DNA from: an uncultured Methanolobus sp.
Lineage (GTDB): Archaea; Halobacteriota; Methanosarcinia; Methanosarcinales; Methanosarcinaceae
Direction: 5' to 3'
Assembly: GCA_963675495.1 (NCBI GenBank)
Contig: OY776215.1
Location: 1,216,001-1,280,000 of the forward strand
Length of the DNA: 64,000 nt
Shown piece after piece: positions 30,549-39,758 of this stretch (position 1 is its first letter; each line of letters opens with the position of its first letter). The position numbers and the translations under genes are program-made. The notes under the pieces were generated by a model. It was not told the DNA's origin, searched no databases, and saw only the letters and a program-made list of their open reading frames with translations.

Positions 30549-30668
30549 TTCAAACCCTCCGCATAAAAATATACATTCCTGCAATAATAGGAAGATGTAG
30601 TTTTTTAAGTTTTCGTAAATAAAAAAGATACAGGATTTAATGCCAGATAAGGCATTTCCTGTATGAAT

Positions 30669-31001
30669 TCACTGATTGACCAGCTTGTAAGCGTAGGTAC
30701 CCACAACAGGAACCTTGAACAAAATGCCCCTGTATGCGATTACCACAAATATCAATATCAAAAACAGTGCACCGAATCCAAGGAAATCTGCGATAATCCA
30801 GCCAACATATGGAACCCATCCCACTATGAATATCAATAATGAAAGTGGGAGGAATATAAGTAATGACTGCATTGCATGGAACCTGACGAATTTGTTGTCC
30901 GGTTCTATCAACAGGAAGATTATTCCTGAGATCCAGAATCCCAGATAACTAAGTGCTGCTACAATATTCTCATCCAGGCCTATCTTTGTTTTATATGTCA
31001 T
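30669..31001 (-). CDS. DUF4870-like membrane protein ending the rnf operon
   Basis: AALSYL..FVRFHAMQS..FKVP. AGGTGA RBS directly after rnfB. Confidence 0.8.
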   Translation of the reverse strand: MTYKTKIGLDENIVAALSYLGFWISGIIFLLIEPDNKFVRFHAMQSLLIFLPLSLLIFIVGWVPYVGWIIADFLGFGALFLILIFVVIAYRGILFKVPVVGTYAYKLVNQ

Positions 31002-31005
31002 ATGA

Positions 31006-31806
31006 TCACCTGATAGCAATTGTATTCTGTGGACATTTTTCCACACATATTCCACATGCTGTACATTTTTCCTGATCGATCACCGCAAGGAAATTAGTTA
31101 CCGTTATAGCCTCTTCCGGACAGTTCTTCTCACATATCTTGCATCCGATACAACCCACGGTACAGGATGCTTTTACAGCCTTGCCTTTATCGTGTGACAT
31201 GCAAAGTACGTGAACCTGTTCAGATTCCCTGGCAAACTCAAGAATGTCATTTGGACACGAAGCAATACATAGTCCACAGCTTGTACACAGGTTCTTGTTC
31301 ACATGAGGCAAACGGTCGTCACCAATGGAAAGAGCGTCAAACGGACATGCACGCACGCAGGTTCCCCTGCCCATACATCCATAATTACAGCCTTTTTCCC
31401 CATCTGAGAGCAACATGACAGCCTTACAATCCTCAAAGCCCACGTAATCGAACCGATCAACACAATTAAGACCGCCGTTACACTTGACAAAAGGATACTG
31501 TTCTTCACCTTCTGAGACTTCCTGACCGAGTATACCGCCTATTTCCTTGGCAACATCAAAGCCACCAACCGGACAACCATTGATAGACGCACCTTCATTG
31601 ACCACACGCTCTGCAAAGTCAGCACAGCCTGCATAACCACAGGCACCACAGTTAGCCCCAGGGAGAACTTCCACGATCTCATCAACAAGTGGATTTGTCT
31701 CTACCTTGAACTTCTTTGATGCAACAATGAGCATAACACCAACGGCCAGTCCAAGACCTCCAAGGATGGCTGCAGCCTGTACAAGTAAAGTAACTAAATC
31801 ACTCAT
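31006..31806 (-). CDS. rnfB: Rnf complex subunit B
   Basis: N-terminal TM, LPGANCGACGYAGC, several CxxCxxCxxxCP clusters. Confidence 0.95.
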   Translation of the reverse strand: MSDLVTLLVQAAAILGGLGLAVGVMLIVASKKFKVETNPLVDEIVEVLPGANCGACGYAGCADFAERVVNEGASINGCPVGGFDVAKEIGGILGQEVSEGEEQYPFVKCNGGLNCVDRFDYVGFEDCKAVMLLSDGEKGCNYGCMGRGTCVRACPFDALSIGDDRLPHVNKNLCTSCGLCIASCPNDILEFARESEQVHVLCMSHDKGKAVKASCTVGCIGCKICEKNCPEEAITVTNFLAVIDQEKCTACGICVEKCPQNTIAIR

Positions 31807-32390
31807 ATAGGAATCACCCAGAAGTAATTAACAAAAGCCATCGAAAGCATCGTTGCAATAAAGAATGCCTGTGGAAGTCCCCTGATAGATGAAGGGACAT
31901 TCACAAAGGTCGAACGCTCTCTGATGGCAGCCATCATCAACATCACAATAGTATATCCAAGACCTGCAGCAATCCCAAAAACAACACTCTGAATGAAGTT
32001 GTATTCTGAGTTCACGTTCAACAGTACTACTCCCAAAACTGCACAGTTGGTTGTTATCAACGGCAGATAAATACCAAGTGAGCGGTAAAGTGATGGAATG
32101 TTCTTCCTTACAACGAACTCCACCAATTGTACAAGTGCTGCTATTACAACAATGAAACTTATAAGGTCAAGGAATTCCATCTTCGTCGGCACAAGGATGT
32201 ATGTGTAGATCATATACGATACAGTGGATGCCAATGCCATAACGAAGACAACGGCTCCCGACATTCCTGCAGCACTCTTAACATCCTTGGTAACGCCCAC
32301 AAAGGAACAGAGTCCAAGGAACTGGATAAGCAGGAAGTTCTTAATGAAGATACCATCCATAAAGATGGCAAATAATGCTTTTTCCACCAT
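31803..32390 (-). CDS. rnfA: Rnf complex subunit A
   Basis: FLGLCSF, LGIYLPLITTNCAVLG. Confidence 0.95.
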   Translation of the reverse strand: MVEKALFAIFMDGIFIKNFLLIQFLGLCSFVGVTKDVKSAAGMSGAVVFVMALASTVSYMIYTYILVPTKMEFLDLISFIVVIAALVQLVEFVVRKNIPSLYRSLGIYLPLITTNCAVLGVVLLNVNSEYNFIQSVVFGIAAGLGYTIVMLMMAAIRERSTFVNVPSSIRGLPQAFFIATMLSMAFVNYFWVIPI

Positions 32391-32391
32391 T

Positions 32392-33006
32392 TTAACCACC
32401 TTTTGCTCTCTTCTTTTCTTTCTGATAATTCACAATACCCATAAGTGCTCCTATTGTAAGGAAAGCACCCGGAGGCAATATCATTGTGGTCACTGAAGGA
32501 TTGATAGGCAGGGTGATCAGAGTGAAATCAAATGTTACTATCTGTCCCGTACCAAGAAGTTCCCTTATACCACCAATGAGCATCAGTACCAACAGGAAAC
32601 CTGTAGAGATACCGAGACCATCTATGAAAGAATAGAACACATTATTCTTGTTAGCGTATGCCTCAGCACGTCCGATGATGATACAGTTCACCACGATCAA
32701 CGGTATGAACACACCTAACGCCGCGTACATGGGCGGGAAATACGCCTGCATTATCATTTTTACAATGGACACGAAAGTCGCTATAATGATAATGAATATT
32801 GGAAGTCTTACAGCCGATGGAATCTGTTTCCTCAGGGCTGAAACGAAAATGTTCGAACAAACCAGTACAAATGCAGTACCTGCGGACATACCAATCGCAT
32901 TTTCGACTGATGTGGTCACTGCCAACGTAGGACAGAGGCCCAGAACAAGTCCGAAGATCGGGTTGTCTCGTGTAATACCACGAATATATTCACTTAAAGG
33001 ATCCAT
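32392..33006 (-). CDS. rnfE: Rnf complex subunit E
   Basis: LGLCPTLAVT, PLIVVNCIIIGRAE, IRELLG, PPGAF. Confidence 0.95.
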   Translation of the reverse strand: MDPLSEYIRGITRDNPIFGLVLGLCPTLAVTTSVENAIGMSAGTAFVLVCSNIFVSALRKQIPSAVRLPIFIIIIATFVSIVKMIMQAYFPPMYAALGVFIPLIVVNCIIIGRAEAYANKNNVFYSFIDGLGISTGFLLVLMLIGGIRELLGTGQIVTFDFTLITLPINPSVTTMILPPGAFLTIGALMGIVNYQKEKKRAKGG

Positions 33007-33010
33007 AATA

Positions 33011-33580
33011 TCACTCCTCTGCCTCTTCTATTTCAATTATCTTGGAATTCAGTGCGTCTATGACAGCCTGGGAGGATATCGTTGCACCAGTAATAGAATC
33101 AATCGCTCCCCCTGAATTGGAAAGGCTTAGTGAAGCTACTGGTATATCGACGAACTGTACTCTGAAATCATCGTCTATTATCTTTGCACCCAGACCAGGC
33201 GTCTCTTCGTGGCTCAGGACATCCATTCCACGAACTGTTGCAAATGAGTTATCGACGCCACCTGCTATAACCAATGGACCTTGAGCACCTGCCTGCTGCT
33301 TGAAGAAAGCATAACCGATTATGTTGCCAGAAGAATCCTTTGCGCGATAGTAAAGCACAACACGATTACCCTCATCATCAACCAGATCACCTTCAACAGC
33401 TTCGAAGTTGTTGTTGGCTTCTGGAATAAGTTCACCTAAGATGGCCGTTCGGGCAGTTTCCTCGTTGATCTTAAGCTGTGCACTTGTAGGAACATAAGTG
33501 ATACCTAACAATAAAGCGGCTACAACTGATATGAGGACAAGTTTGCCTATAACTACCATTGTTTCTTTATTTTCACTCAT
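33011..33580 (-). CDS. rnfG: Rnf complex subunit G
   Basis: ETPGLG and DSITGATISS flavinylation motif. Confidence 0.93.
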   Translation of the reverse strand: MSENKETMVVIGKLVLISVVAALLLGITYVPTSAQLKINEETARTAILGELIPEANNNFEAVEGDLVDDEGNRVVLYYRAKDSSGNIIGYAFFKQQAGAQGPLVIAGGVDNSFATVRGMDVLSHEETPGLGAKIIDDDFRVQFVDIPVASLSLSNSGGAIDSITGATISSQAVIDALNSKIIEIEEAEE

Positions 33581-34589
33581 TCCTCATCACCTCGAATTTC
33601 AGTGATGCAGGAATCTTATCCATGACGCGCCTGTATAGCCTCTCCGGCAGAGATTTGGTTCCAAAGGATGCAGGCATTGTATTGACCTCTATGTAAGAAC
33701 CAACACAATTTGCAAGGAAGATGCCGTATAGTACTCCGTCAACATAGTTGCTGAAGTAACCGTAAATGAAAACAAGAACCCCACATGTTATACCATATAC
33801 AATACGTCCATTCTTGGTAACGGGTGAAGTTGGTGTATCTGTTGCAAGGAAAAGAATTCCAAAGAAAACTATTCCTATCATCGCATATGGCAATTCAGGA
33901 CTTATATCAAGGTAAACAAAAAGCTGGGACATGTACATCAATGGATTCAGCACGCCTTCATGAACCAGAGCGGCAACGCCTGAAATGAATTGCAGGGTTT
34001 GTGGCAAGAATACCATTGTTGCAAAAAATCCAAGGGGAACTCTCCAGTCAAGATATCTCTTATAGATAAGGTATACGCCACCTATCAACAATATAGGAGA
34101 AACATCCACCATCAAGCCTGCACCGTGCTCAAGTATAAGATCAGAGAATTGGCCTGTATGAGGGATGGATAAAGGTATCATCTCAGAGGACCATGCACTT
34201 CTTATAAACACCCAGGCCACAAGAACTGGATTAAATATATAAGAGCCAATTCCGCCAAAAACATGTTTTCCAACTGCTATTGCAAAAAAACCACCAACAA
34301 CTGCTATCCATAAAGGAGCTTCAGGTGGAATCAGAAGTGCAAGCATAAGTCCCGTGAGAGCTGCATGTCCGTCAGCGATCGTTACTTTCTGCTTGAATAA
34401 CGTCTGAATACCAAATTCAGTTGCTACCGCCGCCAATACACACGCAATGATAATCCCGAGTGCAGGAATACCAAAGAAATATATCGCTGCGAAACATAAG
34501 GGGAGCAGAGCGATTATTTTACTTATATTCAATGTCTTAAAATCTAATCTTGTTTTCTTATGAGGAGGAGCTGAAATCGTATATGCCAT
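33573..34589 (-). CDS. rnfD: Rnf complex subunit D
   Basis: KHVFGGIGSYIFNP, FLATDTPTSP, operon position. Confidence 0.9.
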   Translation of the reverse strand: MAYTISAPPHKKTRLDFKTLNISKIIALLPLCFAAIYFFGIPALGIIIACVLAAVATEFGIQTLFKQKVTIADGHAALTGLMLALLIPPEAPLWIAVVGGFFAIAVGKHVFGGIGSYIFNPVLVAWVFIRSAWSSEMIPLSIPHTGQFSDLILEHGAGLMVDVSPILLIGGVYLIYKRYLDWRVPLGFFATMVFLPQTLQFISGVAALVHEGVLNPLMYMSQLFVYLDISPELPYAMIGIVFFGILFLATDTPTSPVTKNGRIVYGITCGVLVFIYGYFSNYVDGVLYGIFLANCVGSYIEVNTMPASFGTKSLPERLYRRVMDKIPASLKFEVMRNE

Positions 34590-34591
34590 TT

Positions 34592-35941
34592 TTACTCGCC
34601 TCCGCAGCCACAGCCAAGTTTCAGATTGGATGATTCCTTTGAAGGTAAGTCTTCATAGGCCATCTCAATTGCATCCTTTGAGTACCTGATAAGCTGCAGT
34701 ATGTGTATCTTTGATGGGCAGACTGCCGCACAGTCACCACATTCGATACAATTCTGAATATGCATTTGCCTGCATTCATCAAAACGACCCTGAGTTGCCA
34801 TGACAGCAAGACGACTTGGAATAAGTTCAACCGGACAGACATCCACACAACGTGCACAATGAATGCACGCTATCGAGTCGTCCCGGATGATCTCTTCAGG
34901 TTTCTGCAGGGATATTCTTGTAGTTCCTTTTGTCACCGGAACCTGGTCAGTGTACTGGGCTACACCAGTCCTGACACCGTTGGCGATTATCTTCCCGATA
35001 TCACCGGTAAAACCACATGCTTCAATAACATCCTTGAATGGAGTTCCTATCTTTACAAGAATATATTCCATGTGATTTGAAACACCTTCAAGAGAAACAA
35101 CTGTGTCGTAGAAAGGCTTGCCTTCATGAACAGCATCGTAAAGAGCCTTTGCAGACTTGATACCACAAACCGCAACTCCTACATCTGTTGGGTCGCAACC
35201 TACCTTAACCTGTCTTCCGGTTACATTATAAGTAAAGAAATTCAGGATCTTTTTGCCGTAAATACGTTTCTGGGATAAGACAACAATGTCAGAGTCCTGT
35301 TCATTGAAATAGTACCCTATCTTACGGCCACCTACAAGGGGAGCCACTCTAAGCTTTTTCTTATAGACTTCAATACCTTCAAAGGCATCAATGGACTCAT
35401 TATCATCAGTCCTTAATATAATAGCTCCCTTTTTGGCACCGGCTGCTTTCATGAGCAACTTGAGGGCATCCATTACCTGAGATGCATATTCCTTGGGAGT
35501 CCCAAATGTGCCACCAATCCATTCGGATGATGTCGCATTTATAAGTACTATATCGATATTCTTGCCAGTTGGTTTAAGGACAGTATGAGTAGGCATTCCG
35601 TAATGCTCCACAATACCAGATTCCTTTATGAGTTCTGCAAGTTTTTCAGGCGATAGATCCTTGCTAGGAGAGAATGCAACTGTCTCATTGCTGTCTTCCG
35701 GCTGGATGATAACACTCATTGCCTTGTTGCCATCAGGATGTGCAGCCTCTTCAATAGCAATGACCTCACCACAGACACTTGAGTGAACTGCAGATGAGTG
35801 ATATTCCTCACTCTCACCTATTTTCTGTCCAATAAGAACCCTGTCACCTTTTTTCACAAGGGGTTCACAGACAGCACCCCTGTGCTGTCTGAGTGGAATT
35901 ATTATTTTTTCGGGTAATTTATCCAATGTTTTGATTTCCAC
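34592..35941 (-). CDS. rnfC: Rnf complex subunit C (divergent)
   Basis: PLRQHRGA..VKKGDRV..HSSVCG N-terminal domain, CIHCARCVDVCP and CIECGDCAAVCP. Confidence 0.9.
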   Translation of the reverse strand: MEIKTLDKLPEKIIIPLRQHRGAVCEPLVKKGDRVLIGQKIGESEEYHSSAVHSSVCGEVIAIEEAAHPDGNKAMSVIIQPEDSNETVAFSPSKDLSPEKLAELIKESGIVEHYGMPTHTVLKPTGKNIDIVLINATSSEWIGGTFGTPKEYASQVMDALKLLMKAAGAKKGAIILRTDDNESIDAFEGIEVYKKKLRVAPLVGGRKIGYYFNEQDSDIVVLSQKRIYGKKILNFFTYNVTGRQVKVGCDPTDVGVAVCGIKSAKALYDAVHEGKPFYDTVVSLEGVSNHMEYILVKIGTPFKDVIEACGFTGDIGKIIANGVRTGVAQYTDQVPVTKGTTRISLQKPEEIIRDDSIACIHCARCVDVCPVELIPSRLAVMATQGRFDECRQMHIQNCIECGDCAAVCPSKIHILQLIRYSKDAIEMAYEDLPSKESSNLKLGCGCGGE

Positions 35942-35953
35942 ATTACCAGCTCC

Positions 35954-37513
35954 TTAGAATGCAGGCTCCCTTTCTACTTCAGTAGGCTTTGCACCTGGAA
36001 TTGTCACACCAATTGTCTTAGCTGAGAAATCTGTTGGTGGATCAGTCTCTGCCGGATCACTATCATAACCCAATGATTTCCAGTTGATCACAGGCACAAG
36101 GTCATGACATTCTGAACAATCCTTCATAGTATCTCCAAAGTGAACATTCTGAAGTGTATCTGAAGCTGATACTCCATGGCAATCTGCGCATTCAAGCGGT
36201 TCAGCAAGACCTACACTGGAACTAACAATGTTGTGGCTTACCTGGTAATACATCTCCACATGCCTGAGAACTGCGTTTGGATAATCCGGATTACCATCCA
36301 TGTCCCCGTCATATGACCGGAGCTCATCTTCGGTAATAGCACCATCATTATCCCCATCTGCATTGAGTACATCTGCAGGAGCTATCGGATTACCAACTGA
36401 AGAACTGTTATCAGGGTCTGCGAGTACATTCGAATCAATTCCTTCATCCCACCATATACCAGTGATGATATTGAATGGTTTAAGCACAGATTCCTCTTTA
36501 CGATCCTGTCCCGTTGGTAAAAGGTCATAGTAAACTCCCTCTGACCATCCAAGTGTTGGCGCAAACTCAGAATCATATACGACATCTTCACGAACACCGT
36601 TTGCCCAGCTGAACTCCTTTATAACAGGGGTGCCGGTAACATCGCTGCCCGGGAGTGAAGGTATGTGACATGATTCACAGCTTAGGAACTCAAGATGAGC
36701 GTCAGCCATTCCACCATGGGATATACCTTCATGACAACCTGATGAATCACAGTCCTTTACACCTGCTTCTGTTTCCATATGTGGTGATTCGGAAGCGAAC
36801 AGGTATTCACGACTGCCTATCTGGTGTTCCTCTGTTTCATGGCATTCCTGACAATCAACAGCATCATGAACATCATAAGAAGCTGAATCTTCAAGGGTCC
36901 ATGCAACAGCAGTAGTTGCGACATCACCTGTGTGACAATTGCTTCCACAGAGTGCCTTGCCGGGAGCGCCATTAACCTCGTCATGTACTTCAGTTACAAG
37001 TGGAAGAGGTGCCAGAACATCAAGAACGTAGCTTGCCACATAAAGTGGTTCTTTCTGCAATTCTGCCCTTGATTCTTCAATTGCAGCTTCGTTAGCGTTT
37101 TCGAAATCACCTGATGATATCCTTTCTGCACGTGCCTCAAAGTCGTATCCACCAACCTGTTCATGACAGATCATACAATCAATATCTACCCCGTAGTCTG
37201 CCATGTAGCCGCCACCTGGGTGAACCATTCCATATGTTACGGCCATGGAATCATCATCAATACTATCGGCATCAACACCGTATTCCATGATTGATGACCA
37301 TTTTTTCAAATCCTGTTCCACGTGGTATGATTCGGAAACTTGCTCGTACATACCTACATGACAACCACTGCATGAACTGTCAGACCATTTCTGCTCGGTC
37401 ATATAATGTGTAGACATAGCTTCATTGCCACTGTAGCCAATAAAAGCATACACACCAGATGCAGCGAACATCACAACGAGGATACCTATAAGAATAACAT
37501 TTAATTTAGCCAT
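35954..37513 (-). CDS. mmcA: Membrane-anchored multiheme c-type cytochrome MmcA
   Basis: N-terminal TM, 6 CxxCH plus CX3CH plus CX4CH, immediately upstream of rnfC. Confidence 0.92.
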   Translation of the reverse strand: MAKLNVILIGILVVMFAASGVYAFIGYSGNEAMSTHYMTEQKWSDSSCSGCHVGMYEQVSESYHVEQDLKKWSSIMEYGVDADSIDDDSMAVTYGMVHPGGGYMADYGVDIDCMICHEQVGGYDFEARAERISSGDFENANEAAIEESRAELQKEPLYVASYVLDVLAPLPLVTEVHDEVNGAPGKALCGSNCHTGDVATTAVAWTLEDSASYDVHDAVDCQECHETEEHQIGSREYLFASESPHMETEAGVKDCDSSGCHEGISHGGMADAHLEFLSCESCHIPSLPGSDVTGTPVIKEFSWANGVREDVVYDSEFAPTLGWSEGVYYDLLPTGQDRKEESVLKPFNIITGIWWDEGIDSNVLADPDNSSSVGNPIAPADVLNADGDNDGAITEDELRSYDGDMDGNPDYPNAVLRHVEMYYQVSHNIVSSSVGLAEPLECADCHGVSASDTLQNVHFGDTMKDCSECHDLVPVINWKSLGYDSDPAETDPPTDFSAKTIGVTIPGAKPTEVEREPAF

Positions 37514-37526
37514 GCTTGCCTCGTCC

Positions 37527-37931
37527 TCAGTCCTCTGCAACTTCTTCAAGTTGTCTGATGACAACTATAATGTCGTTTCTCAAAAGCTGCTCATTTGTTA
37601 TTTTCATGTCATTTGAGACGAATTTACTGATCTCATACGACTTGCGCACTACGCGTATATTAAAGTCAAAGACTTTATCAAGAAGACCTTTTTGCGGAGT
37701 TATTCCTAAAAAGTCCACATCCATGTGATTACCAAGTACATTAGCTTTAAGTTCAATTTTATCAAGAGGTGAACCTGGTTTAACATAAATTGTGTGGTGT
37801 TTCACAAAACCAAAGTGCTTCTCGATACCTCTCCAACCGTATTCTTCCATTAACTGATGAAGGGCGACAACAAGATATTTGTCCTTGCTTGAACTGGTTC
37901 CCGTACCTGATCCTGTGCTGGGATTGCTCAT
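37527..37931 (-). CDS. Hypothetical soluble protein heading the mmcA-rnf operon
   Basis: 134 aa, 13 bp from the mmcA start, same strand. Confidence 0.75.
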   Translation of the reverse strand: MSNPSTGSGTGTSSSKDKYLVVALHQLMEEYGWRGIEKHFGFVKHHTIYVKPGSPLDKIELKANVLGNHMDVDFLGITPQKGLLDKVFDFNIRVVRKSYEISKFVSNDMKITNEQLLRNDIIVVIRQLEEVAED

Positions 37932-38037
37932 TCTATTACTTCCTTCGGATGAATATAATAACTAAAACAGAAGGAAACACGTTTCCTCCTTAAATGCGGT
38001 ACATAAGTTTAATATTAATTATCTCTTTTCATACAGC

Positions 38038-39057
38038 ATGAGGTATAAAACTGTTGCCGTTGTACTGATAGCGATTTTCACAGTATTATTCATGATAGAT
38101 TATGTCGCGAACAATGATAACGACATCACCGTTGAACAAGAAAGCTACTCAGAAACCAGAAGCCTGATGGACACTACAGTCACCATATCAGTCCTAGCTT
38201 CCAACGAAACATATGCTTCAGAAGCTATTAGACATAGTTTTGACAAAATAGAGTATGTTGACAGGGTCATGAACAACTATGACATCAATAGCGAACTCAG
38301 CATACTTAATGAGGAAGGATTTGTGAATAATGCAGATACGGAACTTGTCTATGTGGTTGACAGGTCCAAATACTACTCCCAAATGAGTAAAGGGGCTTTT
38401 GACATATCCATACAACCTGTTCTTGACCTGTGGGCAAGCAAGTACAGCCATGGTGGGACTTACGAAGATCCAACACCTGCAGAGATCGATGAAACACTTG
38501 TACTAGTAAATTCTTCTGCCATAGTGATAGACGAGAACAACATTCTCCTTGGTAATGATATGAAAATCACACTTGGAGGAGTTGCAAAGGGATATGCTGT
38601 AGACCTGGCAATAGAATCACTGATTAACGATGGCATAAGTTCAGGTTTTGTCAATGCAGGTGGTGACGGCAGATATATCGGCAGCAAGCCTGATGGAAGT
38701 TCGTGGAGAGTAGGATTGCAGAATCCGGAAAAGAACGAAGATTCAGTGACAATTATGAATATTAAAGATATGGCTGTTGCTACAAGCGGCAACTACGAGC
38801 GCTATTTCAATGATACAGCAAGGGTTTCACATATAGCAGACCCTCGAACAGGACATACATCGCAGAAGCTCATTAGTGCAACTGTCATAGCCAGTTCTGC
38901 AATGGATGCTGATGCATTCGCTACTGCGGTTTTCATCCTTGGGGAAAAAGATGGCATGGATATGGTCGAAAATCTCGATGGCATAGAGTGCCTGCTCATA
39001 ACTACGGATAAAAGAATCGTACGTTCCAGTGATTTTTCCAGTTATGAGAACAATTAA
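38038..39057 (+). CDS. apbE: FAD:protein FMN transferase
   Basis: GAFDISI, LGGVAKGYAVD, NAGGD, ATSGNYER, HIADPRTG, ADAFATA. Confidence 0.95.
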   Translation: MRYKTVAVVLIAIFTVLFMIDYVANNDNDITVEQESYSETRSLMDTTVTISVLASNETYASEAIRHSFDKIEYVDRVMNNYDINSELSILNEEGFVNNADTELVYVVDRSKYYSQMSKGAFDISIQPVLDLWASKYSHGGTYEDPTPAEIDETLVLVNSSAIVIDENNILLGNDMKITLGGVAKGYAVDLAIESLINDGISSGFVNAGGDGRYIGSKPDGSSWRVGLQNPEKNEDSVTIMNIKDMAVATSGNYERYFNDTARVSHIADPRTGHTSQKLISATVIASSAMDADAFATAVFILGEKDGMDMVENLDGIECLLITTDKRIVRSSDFSSYENN

Positions 39058-39078
39058 AGAATAATTAAGGGAGTAAAC

Positions 39079-39624
39079 TTATTTCAGGCTGACCTCGTGC
39101 AAGGTCTCATATACAGGACCATGTGGAGTCAGCGTACTTTTTTTCAGTTTTACCGTATCAACCTCCATTGTCCCAAGATATACGTCTGCCAATCCCTCAA
39201 GCAAGTCCAGAAACTCTCCTTTTTTCTTTTTTGGCAGGTACTTTACCCTGGCAAGTGTTGCGTGAGCACTGAAACGATGAGGACTATTTTCAAACTCAAA
39301 GGAAGAAAGTGAGCTGTTTACCAATTCAGATAGCTTATCAAAATCGCCATTGCAACCCAACCATATGACCTTGGCGAAATTTGGCTTTGGGAATACGCCA
39401 AGTCCTCCGACCTGTGCTTCAAAAGGTTCACACTTTACTAGATCAAGAGCATTTGAAATCTCTGCGATCTTATCATCGGAAATGTCGCCTAAAAATTTCA
39501 GGGTAATATGTACTATATGTGGATCTACAAATTTGAATTTGAAATCATCGAATTTTGACTGTATTTCAGCAATTTTATTGTGCAACTCTTCAGGGAGATC
39601 TACCGCAACAAAAGTTCTCACCAA
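39079..39624 (-). CDS. thpR: RNA 2',3'-cyclic phosphodiesterase (2'-5' RNA ligase family)
   Basis: RTFVAV, HITLKFLG and HATLAR 2H motifs, STLTPHGPVY. Confidence 0.93.
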   Translation of the reverse strand: MVRTFVAVDLPEELHNKIAEIQSKFDDFKFKFVDPHIVHITLKFLGDISDDKIAEISNALDLVKCEPFEAQVGGLGVFPKPNFAKVIWLGCNGDFDKLSELVNSSLSSFEFENSPHRFSAHATLARVKYLPKKKKGEFLDLLEGLADVYLGTMEVDTVKLKKSTLTPHGPVYETLHEVSLK

Positions 39625-39758
39625 ACCTATCACCAATTATCATTTATATTGGGGAAATAAATTAATATCGCTACTGAACAGGTTCTATTTATAAAGTAAG
39701 AATGTATAATATATTACGATCTAGTAGTCATATCTTTGATATAAACAGAGGGGAAAAA

